Below, one piece after another: positions 40,148 to 48,946 of a stretch of DNA of 64,000 nucleotides; the first letter of the stretch is position 1; the number at the start of each line of letters is the position of its first letter. The stretch is from an uncultured Methanosarcinales archaeon (lineage in GTDB: Archaea > Nanobdellota > Nanobdellia > Woesearchaeales > JACPIF01): NCBI GenBank assembly GCA_964602245.1, contig CAZRPY010000002.1, positions 49,833-113,832 of the forward strand. Reading direction: 5' to 3'. The position numbers were made by a program, and so were the translations under genes. Under the pieces are notes generated by a model that saw nothing but the letters and a program-made list of their open reading frames with translations, was not told the origin of the DNA and searched no databases.

Positions 40148-40666
40148 ATGGCATTCATGAAAAAGAACGTGAATTTTGGACTGATGCTTATAATAATAGC
40201 CATTTTGGTAGGCTTTACAGGCTTTAGCATATATTACCAGAATAATTATCTAAAATTGTCCAAGGATTACAAAGGAAAGGTGGGAGAATTAAATCAGATT
40301 AGCAATACGCTGCAGACTGAAAGAACTAAGCTTAATCAGACAAGCCTGCAATTGGAAATAAAAGAAGAAAGAGAGCAAGATATTAGCTCAAAATATAATA
40401 CGCTTAGGAGTCTGAAAGAGCAGCTTGAGGTTGAAAAATCTAATCTCAAAGCAGATGTTGCACAGAAAAATCAGAAAATACTTGAGCTGAGTGCAGAGAT
40501 TGATAAGATTAATGTTGAATTAGTAAATATACGTAATCAGTTAGATGTTGCAAGAAGTGATATTCGAGACTTAGAAGCATCTGTCAACAGCTGGAGAAAT
40601 AAGGCAAATTGCTGGCAAACAAAAGCTGGTAAGGCAGATGCAGAAGAGGCAAGTGTTAGCTGCTAA
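40148..40666 (+). CDS. membrane-anchored coiled-coil protein
   Basis: N-terminal TM helix followed by heptad-rich Q/E/K/L sequence. Confidence 0.45.
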   Translation: MAFMKKNVNFGLMLIIIAILVGFTGFSIYYQNNYLKLSKDYKGKVGELNQISNTLQTERTKLNQTSLQLEIKEEREQDISSKYNTLRSLKEQLEVEKSNLKADVAQKNQKILELSAEIDKINVELVNIRNQLDVARSDIRDLEASVNSWRNKANCWQTKAGKADAEEASVSC

Positions 40667-40707
40667 ATAGAAAGGTGATAGAATAGAAAAAGTATAAAAA
40701 TCAAAAT

Positions 40708-40870
40708 AATTTGCATTAACGACGCCTCCACAAAAAATCCCTTGGATTTTTGTGTCCCAAAAATGCTTTGCATTTTTTAGGATTTCAGAGGCTGTGCGAG
40801 TAGTCCGCTTTCGGTGATGGAACTTTTCATGTTGCGGACAGATATAGCAATTGTGAAGAAAGGTGCAAAT
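40708..40870 (+). repeat. copy D of TTGCAT..GCAAAT element with expanded hairpin insert
   Basis: aataatttgcattaacgacgcc + insert with ccacaaaaaatcc/ggatttttgtg hairpin + gctgtgcgagtagtccgctttcggtgatggaacttttcatgttgcggacagatatagcaattgtgaagaaaggtgcaaat. Confidence 0.6.
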
Positions 40871-40928
40871 AAAATAAATAATAAGGAAAATAAAGGTTGA
40901 GAAATTAAGAAAGGATTAAGAAAATACT

Positions 40929-41735
40929 ATGAAATATTTTATTAGAGTTATACAGGAAATAAGAAGTGTGTTGAATGCTCTTGTCATATTTGAGACTGTG
41001 CTGAATACTTTGCTGATATTCCTGCTGTTTTTCGCGCTATTTACCTTGTTAGGGATAAATGTGCTTTATGCTATCGTACCTAGTATACTTTATCTGATAA
41101 TTGTAATTCACCGTAAGCTAAAAGTTAATAAACTGCTTGTTGTAGAGCATAAGTATCCATTGCTTAAGGAAAAGCTTAGGACTGCAGCAGACAACCTAGG
41201 CATAGAGAATCCTGTTGTTAATGAGCTTCATGATGAGATTGTTTCAGAGCTGAAGAACGTTGAAGCAACATCTTTTGTCAACATGTTTTATGTTTCATAT
41301 AAAATATTGCTGGCTCTTTTATTAGGATCTGGCATTGTAGTAGCTGCTCAATACCAAGTTTCATTAGACTACCAGAAGCTCATATTTGAAAATCCTTTAG
41401 TGAACTATATTAAAACTACTCAAGAGGCTAACAGGGCAGTTCAAGGCGGATTTAAGATTGAGGGGTTTGGCAGAGAAGAGGAGCTATTTGGAGATATTAC
41501 TCCTATAATAAAGAAAGGTGACAGCACATTGGAAGTTATTATTGATGCATCTGAATATCCACTTGATCTTAAAGATATTAAGGAAAGAGAAGAGGATATT
41601 GATACTTTTCCCAGTGAGATATGCTACCAGACACAGGCAGGATGCGAGGCAGCAGAATCCTTTAATGAAAACATACCAAAAGAGAATACTGATCTGATTA
41701 AGAAATATTTTAAGAATCTTGCGCAGAGTAAATGA
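40929..41735 (+). CDS. hypothetical membrane protein
   Basis: 268 aa; three N-terminal TM helices then soluble domain. Confidence 0.4.
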   Translation: MKYFIRVIQEIRSVLNALVIFETVLNTLLIFLLFFALFTLLGINVLYAIVPSILYLIIVIHRKLKVNKLLVVEHKYPLLKEKLRTAADNLGIENPVVNELHDEIVSELKNVEATSFVNMFYVSYKILLALLLGSGIVVAAQYQVSLDYQKLIFENPLVNYIKTTQEANRAVQGGFKIEGFGREEELFGDITPIIKKGDSTLEVIIDASEYPLDLKDIKEREEDIDTFPSEICYQTQAGCEAAESFNENIPKENTDLIKKYFKNLAQSK

Positions 41736-41808
41736 CAAATATAGAAGAAAGAATGATGAGAGAATAATTGGCATTTAATTCAGAATATCCATAAAACAAT
41801 AATATATA

Positions 41809-41871
41809 AACAAAAATGAGAGTAATAAAAAAGATAAATAAAACCAAAGATATAATTTGAACTAAATAATA
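41809..41871 (+). repeat. 63-nt direct repeat (copy 2) upstream of MoxR gene
   Basis: aacaaaaatgagagtaataaaaaagataaataaaaccaaagatataatttgaactaaataata followed by GGAGGTG RBS. Confidence 0.7.
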
Positions 41872-41884
41872 GGAGGTGTAGTTT

Positions 41885-42820
41885 ATGAAAAATTATAAGC
41901 CGACTTTTGATGCGATAATGAAGGACGTGAGTAAGGTTGTTGTAGGACAGAATGATGTTATTGAGCAGCTGCTTATTGCTATATTATGCAATGGGAATGC
42001 ACTGCTTGAGGGCTATCCTGGACTTGCAAAGACTTTGTCTGTTAAAACAATAGCTGAATTGCTAGACTTGAAGTTCAGCAGGATACAGAACACACCTGAT
42101 TTAATGCCTTCTGATATTATTGGAACTTATATTCTTGAAGAATCTGGAGGCAAAAGGCAGTTTAAGTTCCAGCAGGGGCCAGTATTTGCCAATATAGTGC
42201 TTGCAGACGAAATTAACAGGGCAACACCTAAGACACAGTCTGCATTATTGGAGGCGATGCAAGAAAAGCAAGTTACAGTTGGGAATCAGACTTTTAAGCT
42301 GGATCTGCCATTTTTTGTGTTAGCAACACAGAATCCTATAGAGCAGGAAGGGACATATCCATTGCCAGAGGCACAGGCTGACAGGTTTTTGCTAAAGATT
42401 AAAGTTGTCTATCCTAGTGTGGAAGAAGAAAAAGAAATTGTTGAGAAATATGCTGTTGAGCAGAAAGAGGTCAGGCTTAAGCCTGTGTTGGGCAAGAATC
42501 ATGTATTGTCAATGCAAGAGATTACTAGAGAAGTGCCAATTGCTAATGATATCAAGCAAAGGGCTTTAAAGATTGTAACAAGCACAAGGGCTAATAAAGA
42601 GCTAATACAGTATGGAGCTTCTCCAAGAGCTTCTATAGGAATAATTTTAGCTGCAAAGGCTAGAGCTTTAATTAAAGGCAGGAATCATGTCAGTATGGAA
42701 GACATAGAAGCAATGGCGTATCCTGTATTAAGGCATAGAATAATATTAACTTTTGAAGCTGAAAGAAAAGGGATAACAGCTGATGATGCAATAAAAGAGA
42801 TATTGACTAAAGCAAAGTAG
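41885..42820 (+). CDS. MoxR-family AAA+ ATPase
   Basis: VVVGQNDVIEQLLIAILCNGNALLEGYPGLAKT Walker A context, DEINRA Walker B, MoxR-specific C-terminal region. Confidence 0.9.
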   Translation: MKNYKPTFDAIMKDVSKVVVGQNDVIEQLLIAILCNGNALLEGYPGLAKTLSVKTIAELLDLKFSRIQNTPDLMPSDIIGTYILEESGGKRQFKFQQGPVFANIVLADEINRATPKTQSALLEAMQEKQVTVGNQTFKLDLPFFVLATQNPIEQEGTYPLPEAQADRFLLKIKVVYPSVEEEKEIVEKYAVEQKEVRLKPVLGKNHVLSMQEITREVPIANDIKQRALKIVTSTRANKELIQYGASPRASIGIILAAKARALIKGRNHVSMEDIEAMAYPVLRHRIILTFEAERKGITADDAIKEILTKAK

Positions 42821-42844
42821 AGTGAAGATTTTATCAATTATTAC

Positions 42845-43101
42845 TTGCATTAACGACGCTCATTTCGAAAATCAAAGATTTTCGAGACTAGGAAATTCTC
42901 AATTTCCTATGCTACGTGAGCTGTGCGAGTAGTCCGCTTTCGATGATGGAACTTTTCATGTTGCGGACAGGTTGAAGAACTATGTTCCGAGACCTTAGGA
43001 AGCAGGGCTTCCTACAGGTTTGACAAAGTGTGAAGATACCCAAGAAAATCTTTGATTTTCTGGGCACAAAAAATCTAAAAGATTTTTTAGTGAGTGCAAA
43101 T
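42845..43101 (+). repeat. copy E of TTGCAT..GCAAAT element, strongly expanded (about 257 nt) with several extra hairpins
   Basis: cttgcattaacgacgc...gctgtgcgagtagtccgctttcgatgatggaacttttcatgttgcggacag...gtgcaaatt; inserts contain tcgaaaatc/gattttcga, aggaaatt/aatttcct, aggaagc/gcttcct, gaaaatc/gattttc stem-loops. Confidence 0.6.
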
Positions 43102-43145
43102 TAGCTAAATAAAAAGATGAAAAATAATATATAAAATTTTACAAG

Positions 43146-44000
43146 ATGGCTATTGAAACTGAATTTCTGGACCAATTGAATAAATTTAGCTTAGTAGTGA
43201 GGAAAAGGGTAACTTCTACACTTTCAGGGGCTAAGAAGTCTATTCGCATGGGAAGAGGATTGGCTTTTGCAGACCATAGGATTTATGCACCAGGTGATGA
43301 TATAAGGACAATTGACTGGAAGGTTTATGCCAAGACAGATGATCTTTATGTAAAACAATTTGAGGAAGAAAAGAATCTTACTGTGCATGTTATAATAGAT
43401 GCCTCGCATAGCATGAATTTTGGTGACAAGGTAAAGAAGTTCGAATATGCATCAATGCTTGGATTAGGTTTTGCATACCTTGCCTTAAAGGAAAATGAGA
43501 AGTTCCAGTATGCCATATTCTCTGATAAGATTGAGATTTTCCAGCCAAGAAGAGGCATGTCGCAATTAGTAGGAATGCTTCACGAGCTTAATAACACAAA
43601 GACTAAAGGGTTTTCTAACCTAAAAGAGGCTGTTTTTCAGTATAAGAAAGTGATAGGCAGTAAGGCATTAATAGTAATAATATCTGATTTCTTGTTTAAG
43701 ATTGAAGATATTATTGAAACATTGTTTTATCTTGGCAATCATGAGATTAAAGTAGTGCAAGTGCTTGATCCTGTTGAAAAAGAGCTTAAGATGGAAGGAG
43801 ACTATACTTTGAAAGATAGCGAAACTAATGACAGCTTAAGGACTTTTGTAAGCCAAAGGCTAAGATTAGATTATATGAAAAGACTTGATGAGCACTGCTC
43901 AAGAATCCATGAAGTCTGCAATAAGCTGGACATTGAGTATTATCTTGTAACTACTGACACTCCTATTTTTGATGCGTTCTATGGGATGCTGGAGAAGTGA
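43146..44000 (+). CDS. DUF58-family protein (VWA-like, MoxR partner)
   Basis: DIRTIDWKVYAKTDDLYVKQFEEE...VIIDASHSM pattern diagnostic of DUF58. Confidence 0.8.
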   Translation: MAIETEFLDQLNKFSLVVRKRVTSTLSGAKKSIRMGRGLAFADHRIYAPGDDIRTIDWKVYAKTDDLYVKQFEEEKNLTVHVIIDASHSMNFGDKVKKFEYASMLGLGFAYLALKENEKFQYAIFSDKIEIFQPRRGMSQLVGMLHELNNTKTKGFSNLKEAVFQYKKVIGSKALIVIISDFLFKIEDIIETLFYLGNHEIKVVQVLDPVEKELKMEGDYTLKDSETNDSLRTFVSQRLRLDYMKRLDEHCSRIHEVCNKLDIEYYLVTTDTPIFDAFYGMLEK

Positions 44001-44054
44001 GTGTAATATCTATTTGTAAATAAATTTATATACTACTACATAAGAACAAAATTT

Positions 44055-44669
44055 ATGAGTTATTTAGAAAGAAATCAACAGACACTTGCAGAAATAGGCC
44101 AAAATTTAAGACTTAGGAGAGGAAGTGTTATTGGAAGAAGTCCAAATACAACATTTACTTCTATTGGAAACTACAAATCAACTATTTTAGAGAAGGATTT
44201 ATACATAGGATTGAAAGAAAATCGTCATAAAGAAGGTGACTTTTTACGAGGATGGGTAGCAAGAGAATTAGTTTTAATAAATATGATTGAACAAAGATTT
44301 CCTCAATTATTACCAGAATTTCCAGTTTTTCATGGTATTCTTGAACATCCTACTGGAGAGACCTTAGGAGTATTAACCGAAGATTTTTCGTATGGTGGAA
44401 GATACCCTGTAAAAGGCTTTCCTCGCTCTTTGTTTGTAGATATTCCTGATAAAGACGTTCCGAAAGAACTCGAAGAAATAGCAGGAAAAGAAATAGATAA
44501 TTACGACTTAGCTACTATGTGTTTTTTAGTAAATGGGCAAAGAAGAATAGGAGATTTTGGTGAAATGTACTCAGGTATGATTACAACAGAATTAAGTGAG
44601 AGATACCCAATTGATGATTTAATGGCTACAATAGTAAAATATACATTACGTATTGACTATCCCTTATAA
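44055..44669 (+). CDS. hypothetical protein
   Basis: 204-aa ORF. Confidence 0.35.
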   Translation: MSYLERNQQTLAEIGQNLRLRRGSVIGRSPNTTFTSIGNYKSTILEKDLYIGLKENRHKEGDFLRGWVARELVLINMIEQRFPQLLPEFPVFHGILEHPTGETLGVLTEDFSYGGRYPVKGFPRSLFVDIPDKDVPKELEEIAGKEIDNYDLATMCFLVNGQRRIGDFGEMYSGMITTELSERYPIDDLMATIVKYTLRIDYPL

Positions 44670-44691
44670 TAACTAAATAATATTTTTACTC

Positions 44692-45576
44692 TTACTTCTT
44701 TTTATCAAAGAACTTATACCCAATAATCTTGTAGGCCAGCTTTGCTACTAGGAAATCTGGAGCATGGAAGCCTTCTCTGGGGGCTAGTTCTACTATATCA
44801 AAGCCTATAACATCTCTTTTCTGGCAGACTTTTCTTAATAATTTAAGTATTTGATACCATTTCATGCCACCTGGCTCAGGTGTTCCTGTTGTGGGCATTA
44901 TACTTGGATCTAGGCAATCAATATCTATTGAGATGTAAACATTCTTTGTGAGCTTTGAAATTGCTTCATCCATCCAGTTGTCATTAGTTGTCATAATGTC
45001 TTTTGCAAAGTAAATGTTCTTTATCATTTTAGTTTTCTTTATCAATTCAGCTTCTTCATCACTCATGCTTCTGACACCAACCTCAACAAAATTCTGGCAA
45101 ACATCCAAGACTCTTTTTAATGAGCAGGCATGATTATACTTGTTATCATCGTAAATATCCCTTAAATCTCCATGCGCATCTAGGTAAAGTACACTTAAAT
45201 CAGGATATTTTTCATTACAAGCCTTAACAGCACCCCATGTAATAGAATGCTCACCGCCAAATATAACTGGAAATTTATTGCTAGAAAGAACTTTTTTTGT
45301 ATCTTGGTATAGATTTTCAGCAGTTTTTTTAGAATCTTTATCAACTTTTGTAGGAGCTAATGTTGCTATTCCTATAACTGAAAAGTTTTTGTCAAGCTCT
45401 TCATCATATAGTTCCAAATTCCTAGAAGCTTCAATTATTGCCTGAGGGGCCTTAGAGGTTCCTTTGCCATAAGTTACAGTACCCTCGTATGGAACTTGAA
45501 GCACTGCAACCTTAGACTTTTGATAGTTAGAAAATTCTTCTTCTAAGCCTAAATAAGTGTTTGGGTAGACTATCAT
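44692..45576 (-). CDS. speB: agmatinase (ureohydrolase/arginase family)
   Basis: GGEHSITWG, DAHGDL, SIDIDCLDPS Mn-binding motifs. Confidence 0.8.
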   Translation of the reverse strand: MIVYPNTYLGLEEEFSNYQKSKVAVLQVPYEGTVTYGKGTSKAPQAIIEASRNLELYDEELDKNFSVIGIATLAPTKVDKDSKKTAENLYQDTKKVLSSNKFPVIFGGEHSITWGAVKACNEKYPDLSVLYLDAHGDLRDIYDDNKYNHACSLKRVLDVCQNFVEVGVRSMSDEEAELIKKTKMIKNIYFAKDIMTTNDNWMDEAISKLTKNVYISIDIDCLDPSIMPTTGTPEPGGMKWYQILKLLRKVCQKRDVIGFDIVELAPREGFHAPDFLVAKLAYKIIGYKFFDKKK

Positions 45577-45637
45577 AACAATACCTATATCTCTGATTAA
45601 CTTGCATTTTTAGAAAATAGAAGTTGTATTTAAGCTT

Positions 45638-46087
45638 TTATTCCTTAATCTGCAAAGTTTTGGGAAGCCTTAACTGCCTGACTATCTTATGAGTAATTCT
45701 TTCTCTCTCGCTTCTTGGGAAATCCAGGCCTCGCCTCATCATTTGCTTAACAGCCTTTTTTGCACCAAACGCACTAATAAGATATTTAGCTGCCTTTTCA
45801 GTGTCAAAATCTCTGCAAGAGAAAACATCAATGAAAACATAATCTTTCTGAGGAAATGTATGAATACTAATATGGCTCTCAGCAATCATTATAAAACCAG
45901 ATAGGCCCCAGTCTTCAGGAATTCTTCCTTCTGTGTATTTAACAACATAAGGTGGCATAATCTTTGTCATGCCTATTATATCTGGCAAATTATTAAGAAT
46001 GTCCCACACATGTTCTACGCTTGTTAGCCTTCCCTTAATGCAATTTTTAAGGTCTAATGTCAAATGCGGCCCAAATGGTTCGTTCAT
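45638..46087 (-). CDS. speH: S-adenosylmethionine decarboxylase proenzyme (class 1B, pyruvoyl-dependent)
   Basis: HLTLDL and IAESHISIHTFPQ (ES cleavage site) motifs. Confidence 0.8.
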   Translation of the reverse strand: MNEPFGPHLTLDLKNCIKGRLTSVEHVWDILNNLPDIIGMTKIMPPYVVKYTEGRIPEDWGLSGFIMIAESHISIHTFPQKDYVFIDVFSCRDFDTEKAAKYLISAFGAKKAVKQMMRRGLDFPRSERERITHKIVRQLRLPKTLQIKE

Positions 46088-46595
46088 TTTGATTTTTCCT
46101 TTTAAATTAATTTTTATTTAAGTATTTAAATCTTTTTATTTTTTCAGAACTTTTTTTATTTTTAATATTAAATTGATTAGAAATTCTTTTATTGCTTCCC
46201 TTTTGCACTTGTTTTGATAATAATTTTATATTGAGTGAAAATAAATTTTTTGTATTATCTACCATCTTTTTGAGATTATTGTTATGATTGAGTATTAAAT
46301 TTATGTGATAACTAGTATTTAAATGTTTTTATTTCGGGATTTATTCTGAAATTAGAAATACTTTGTATTTCTTTATTTTTTAAAATTTTTTCCCTTAATA
46401 GTTAAAATTAATTGACGAGAAATTTTTCTTTTCAATTTTCATAAATTTGTTGAATTTTTCCTATTTTTTCTTTTTTAAGTTAGTTGTAAAATTATTTTTA
46501 GGATAAAGAATCGAGATGACTCTTATTATCACTTTATAATAATAAGTAATAAAAGACAAAATATTTAAATAAATCCAGGTTGTCAGCACAAAGAG

Positions 46596-47216
46596 ATGGA
46601 TATATTGAGTCAATTCATTAGGAAATGGCGCTATGATGGCAGTGAACCTAAGGAAATAGTGGTTGAGCTCGCTAATAATCTTCAAAAACCATCTTTAGTT
46701 CTTGATATTGGATGTGGAAGAGGCAGGCACCTATCTTACTTAAGGGAGCATGGATGTTTATTAGTTGCTACTGATATTTCTAGTGATGCGATTAATTACT
46801 GCAAATATAAATCAAGGAAGGATAAAAAGAAAATTTACTTTGTGTGGAATAACATGGCTAATTTATGCTTTAAAGATAAGATTTTTGATGCTGTAATTGC
46901 CACAAATTCTTTGCATCACAGTAATATAATTGGTATTAAAAAAACAATTAATGAGATTTACAGAGTATTAAAACCCTATTCTTGGTTTGCTGCAAGTGTG
47001 GCATCAACATCAATTGCCTTTAGGAATGGCATTGAGATAGAAAAAAATACTTTCATCAGAGAATCTCAAGGCAAAGCAGTAATGCAACATTTTTTTACAG
47101 AGAAAGAGATTAAGGAGTTATTTAGAAGATTCAAGATTATAAAGTTATATGAAACTAGGGAAAGCAAGGAAGAATCAGCTGGGCATTGGCATATACTGGC
47201 TCAGAAAAGGATTTAG
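46596..47216 (+). CDS. class I SAM-dependent methyltransferase
   Basis: VLDIGCGRGRH motif I and downstream motifs. Confidence 0.7.
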   Translation: MDILSQFIRKWRYDGSEPKEIVVELANNLQKPSLVLDIGCGRGRHLSYLREHGCLLVATDISSDAINYCKYKSRKDKKKIYFVWNNMANLCFKDKIFDAVIATNSLHHSNIIGIKKTINEIYRVLKPYSWFAASVASTSIAFRNGIEIEKNTFIRESQGKAVMQHFFTEKEIKELFRRFKIIKLYETRESKEESAGHWHILAQKRI

Positions 47217-47254
47217 GCAACATTTTTATATTCTTATAGAAAAATTATAGTTAT

Positions 47255-47602
47255 ATGGTTGAATATAAGCAGGTAATTCTTGTAAGAGAGGATTTAAAGC
47301 TACCTAAGGGGAAATTGGCTGCACAAGCGAGCCATGCAAGTGTCTCTGCACTATTAAAAAGCCATAAAGACACTATTTCTAAATGGAAAGCTCAGGGAAT
47401 GAAAAAAGTTGTTTTGAAAGTGAAAGATGAGAAAGAGCTTATGAAATATAAGCAAATGGCTGAGGATAAAGGATTGGTTACTGCGCTTGTTACAGATGCA
47501 GGAAGAACAGTTTTAGAACCAGGAACTATTACTTGCCTAGGAATTGGTCCTGAGGATGAAGAGATTATAGATAAAGTTAGTGGGAATTTGAAGATGGTTT
47601 AG
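47255..47602 (+). CDS. pth2: peptidyl-tRNA hydrolase, archaeal type
   Basis: MVEYKQVILVREDLKLPKGKLAAQASHASV matches the PTH2 family throughout. Confidence 0.85.
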   Translation: MVEYKQVILVREDLKLPKGKLAAQASHASVSALLKSHKDTISKWKAQGMKKVVLKVKDEKELMKYKQMAEDKGLVTALVTDAGRTVLEPGTITCLGIGPEDEEIIDKVSGNLKMV

Positions 47603-47642
47603 GATTAGTTTTAAATATACTTAACTTTTCCTTTCTTTTATT

Positions 47643-47755
47643 GGGCTCATAGCTCAGCCTGGTAGAGCACTTGACTCTTACTGAACCAAGTTCAGGCCTT
47701 TTGAACTGGTTCAAAAGTAATCAAGGGGTCCTGGGTTCGAATCCCAGTGAGCCCG
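47643..47755 (+). tRNA. tRNA-Lys(CUU) with 39-nt intron at canonical 37/38 position
   Basis: Manually folded cloverleaf. Acceptor GGGCTCA/TGAGCCC, D-arm GCTC-AGCCTGGTA-GAGC, anticodon stem CTTGA/TCAAG, loop C-T-CTT-A. Intron spans 47681-47719 and contains two hairpins. Variable loop GGGTC, T-arm CTGGG-TTCGAAT-CCCAG, discriminator G. CCA is not encoded. Confidence 0.7.
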
Positions 47756-48458
47756 TTTTATATTCTTGAAGTTTTAGGATGTTTTTAGGATTAGAAAATC
47801 CAATTAATTGGGTATATTGCTCTATTTTTTCGTGTCCGCTTAAGTATAAATAGTTAGTAATGTACGGACGTTTAGTAATAGAGTGTATCATTGCACAATC
47901 TGTCTTAATACTAACCTTTAATCCAAGCAAATTAAAAGCCTTTTGACAATCTTGAATAAGTTTCTTACTGGCAAAGTTAAGTTTAACGACTGGGTAATTG
48001 CGCATCTTGATTTGGAAAGAACCGTCAGAATCAATTAATCCTCTTAAACACGCTCGAATAAATTTCGTATCACTCCAAATAACGATTGGCAGTCCGATAT
48101 TATCTTTTCTGCCTCTTGGCAATCCAATAATAGTAGTATAGAATTCAAATAAACCTTTTGAGTCTCTTATCAAAGCACATGTATTTTTCTTTTTAATTAG
48201 AAAGGAGAAATTAAGATTATAAAGTTCCTTTTTTAAGTTTTTTACGTAAATTTCATAATAAGTTCTATCAGAAGTAGCATTACCATAGCATTGTATCTCA
48301 TTGGATGTTGACGTTTTCCTTATAGTTTGATGTAGGCAACCATCACCAACCATAATTCCAATATCTTCAGCGAGAGCTTCATTCATCTCTGAAGGAAGTG
48401 TGAGACCTCTCAATAAGTCTTTTCTACTGAAATTTAATCTTGATAAATCGAATTTCAT
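47721..48458 (-). CDS. free-standing double-motif LAGLIDADG homing endonuclease
   Basis: Two LAGLIDADG motifs (IGIMVGDGCLH and LRGLIDSDGSF) in 245 aa; 3' end overlaps the tRNA-Lys 3' exon antisense by about 35 nt. Confidence 0.75.
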   Translation of the reverse strand: MKFDLSRLNFSRKDLLRGLTLPSEMNEALAEDIGIMVGDGCLHQTIRKTSTSNEIQCYGNATSDRTYYEIYVKNLKKELYNLNFSFLIKKKNTCALIRDSKGLFEFYTTIIGLPRGRKDNIGLPIVIWSDTKFIRACLRGLIDSDGSFQIKMRNYPVVKLNFASKKLIQDCQKAFNLLGLKVSIKTDCAMIHSITKRPYITNYLYLSGHEKIEQYTQLIGFSNPKNILKLQEYKTGSLGFEPRTP

Positions 48459-48762
48459 TAAATCACCGAAATTTATTCATTTGAAACTATGTAAATGATT
48501 TTGCTTATATAGCTCACGTCGGGAGATGTCCAGTGACCAGTGCACAAAGCTCTGTAAAATGCAAGAATTTAGTCTTATTAGGGCTTATAAACCAGAGGAC
48601 ATCCACTGGACCCAAAATCATAATTTTATAGTTGAAATCCCGTATATGGTGATTTATGAAAGAGTTTCAACTAAATTGAGACAACCTAGCGAAAGTCCCT
48701 ATGGGCCTGCTTTCTATTAGATTTATATTGGTATTAACTAGTGTGATAATTATAATAAAAAT

Positions 48763-48872
48763 AACTTGCATCACGAGGCTCTCTAAGAGCCTATACAAAG
48801 GTCCGCTAATCACAATAGTAATGTGCTCTAGCGGACAGACTGGCATGTTGCATAGTGCAACCGTTTGCAATG
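48763..48872 (+). repeat. copy F of TTGCAT..element
   Basis: aacttgcatcacgaggctctctaagagcctatacaaaggtccgctaatcac...gcggacagactggcatgttgcatagtgcaaccgtttgcaatg; hairpin GTTGCA/TGCAAC covaries with GTTGCG/CGCAAC of copies A/B/G; lies upstream of lysK. Confidence 0.6.
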
Positions 48873-48946
48873 AATAGTAATATTAATACTGTTCCTGTAT
48901 TCTAAAAGAATAACTTTTATATATAGTCATAAACCCTATAAAATGT

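Noticed and set aside
48690-48715. GAAAGTCC-containing motif (agcgaaagtccctatgggc) resembling RNase P RNA conserved region CR-I; similar gaaagtccgcc at 32897
   Set aside because: There is not enough uninterrupted non-coding sequence downstream for a 250-300 nt RNase P RNA. At 48690 the motif sits 50 nt before element F and 230 nt before lysK. No CR-V-like partner (ACAGAAnCCCGGCUUA) was found, so it is probably a chance match
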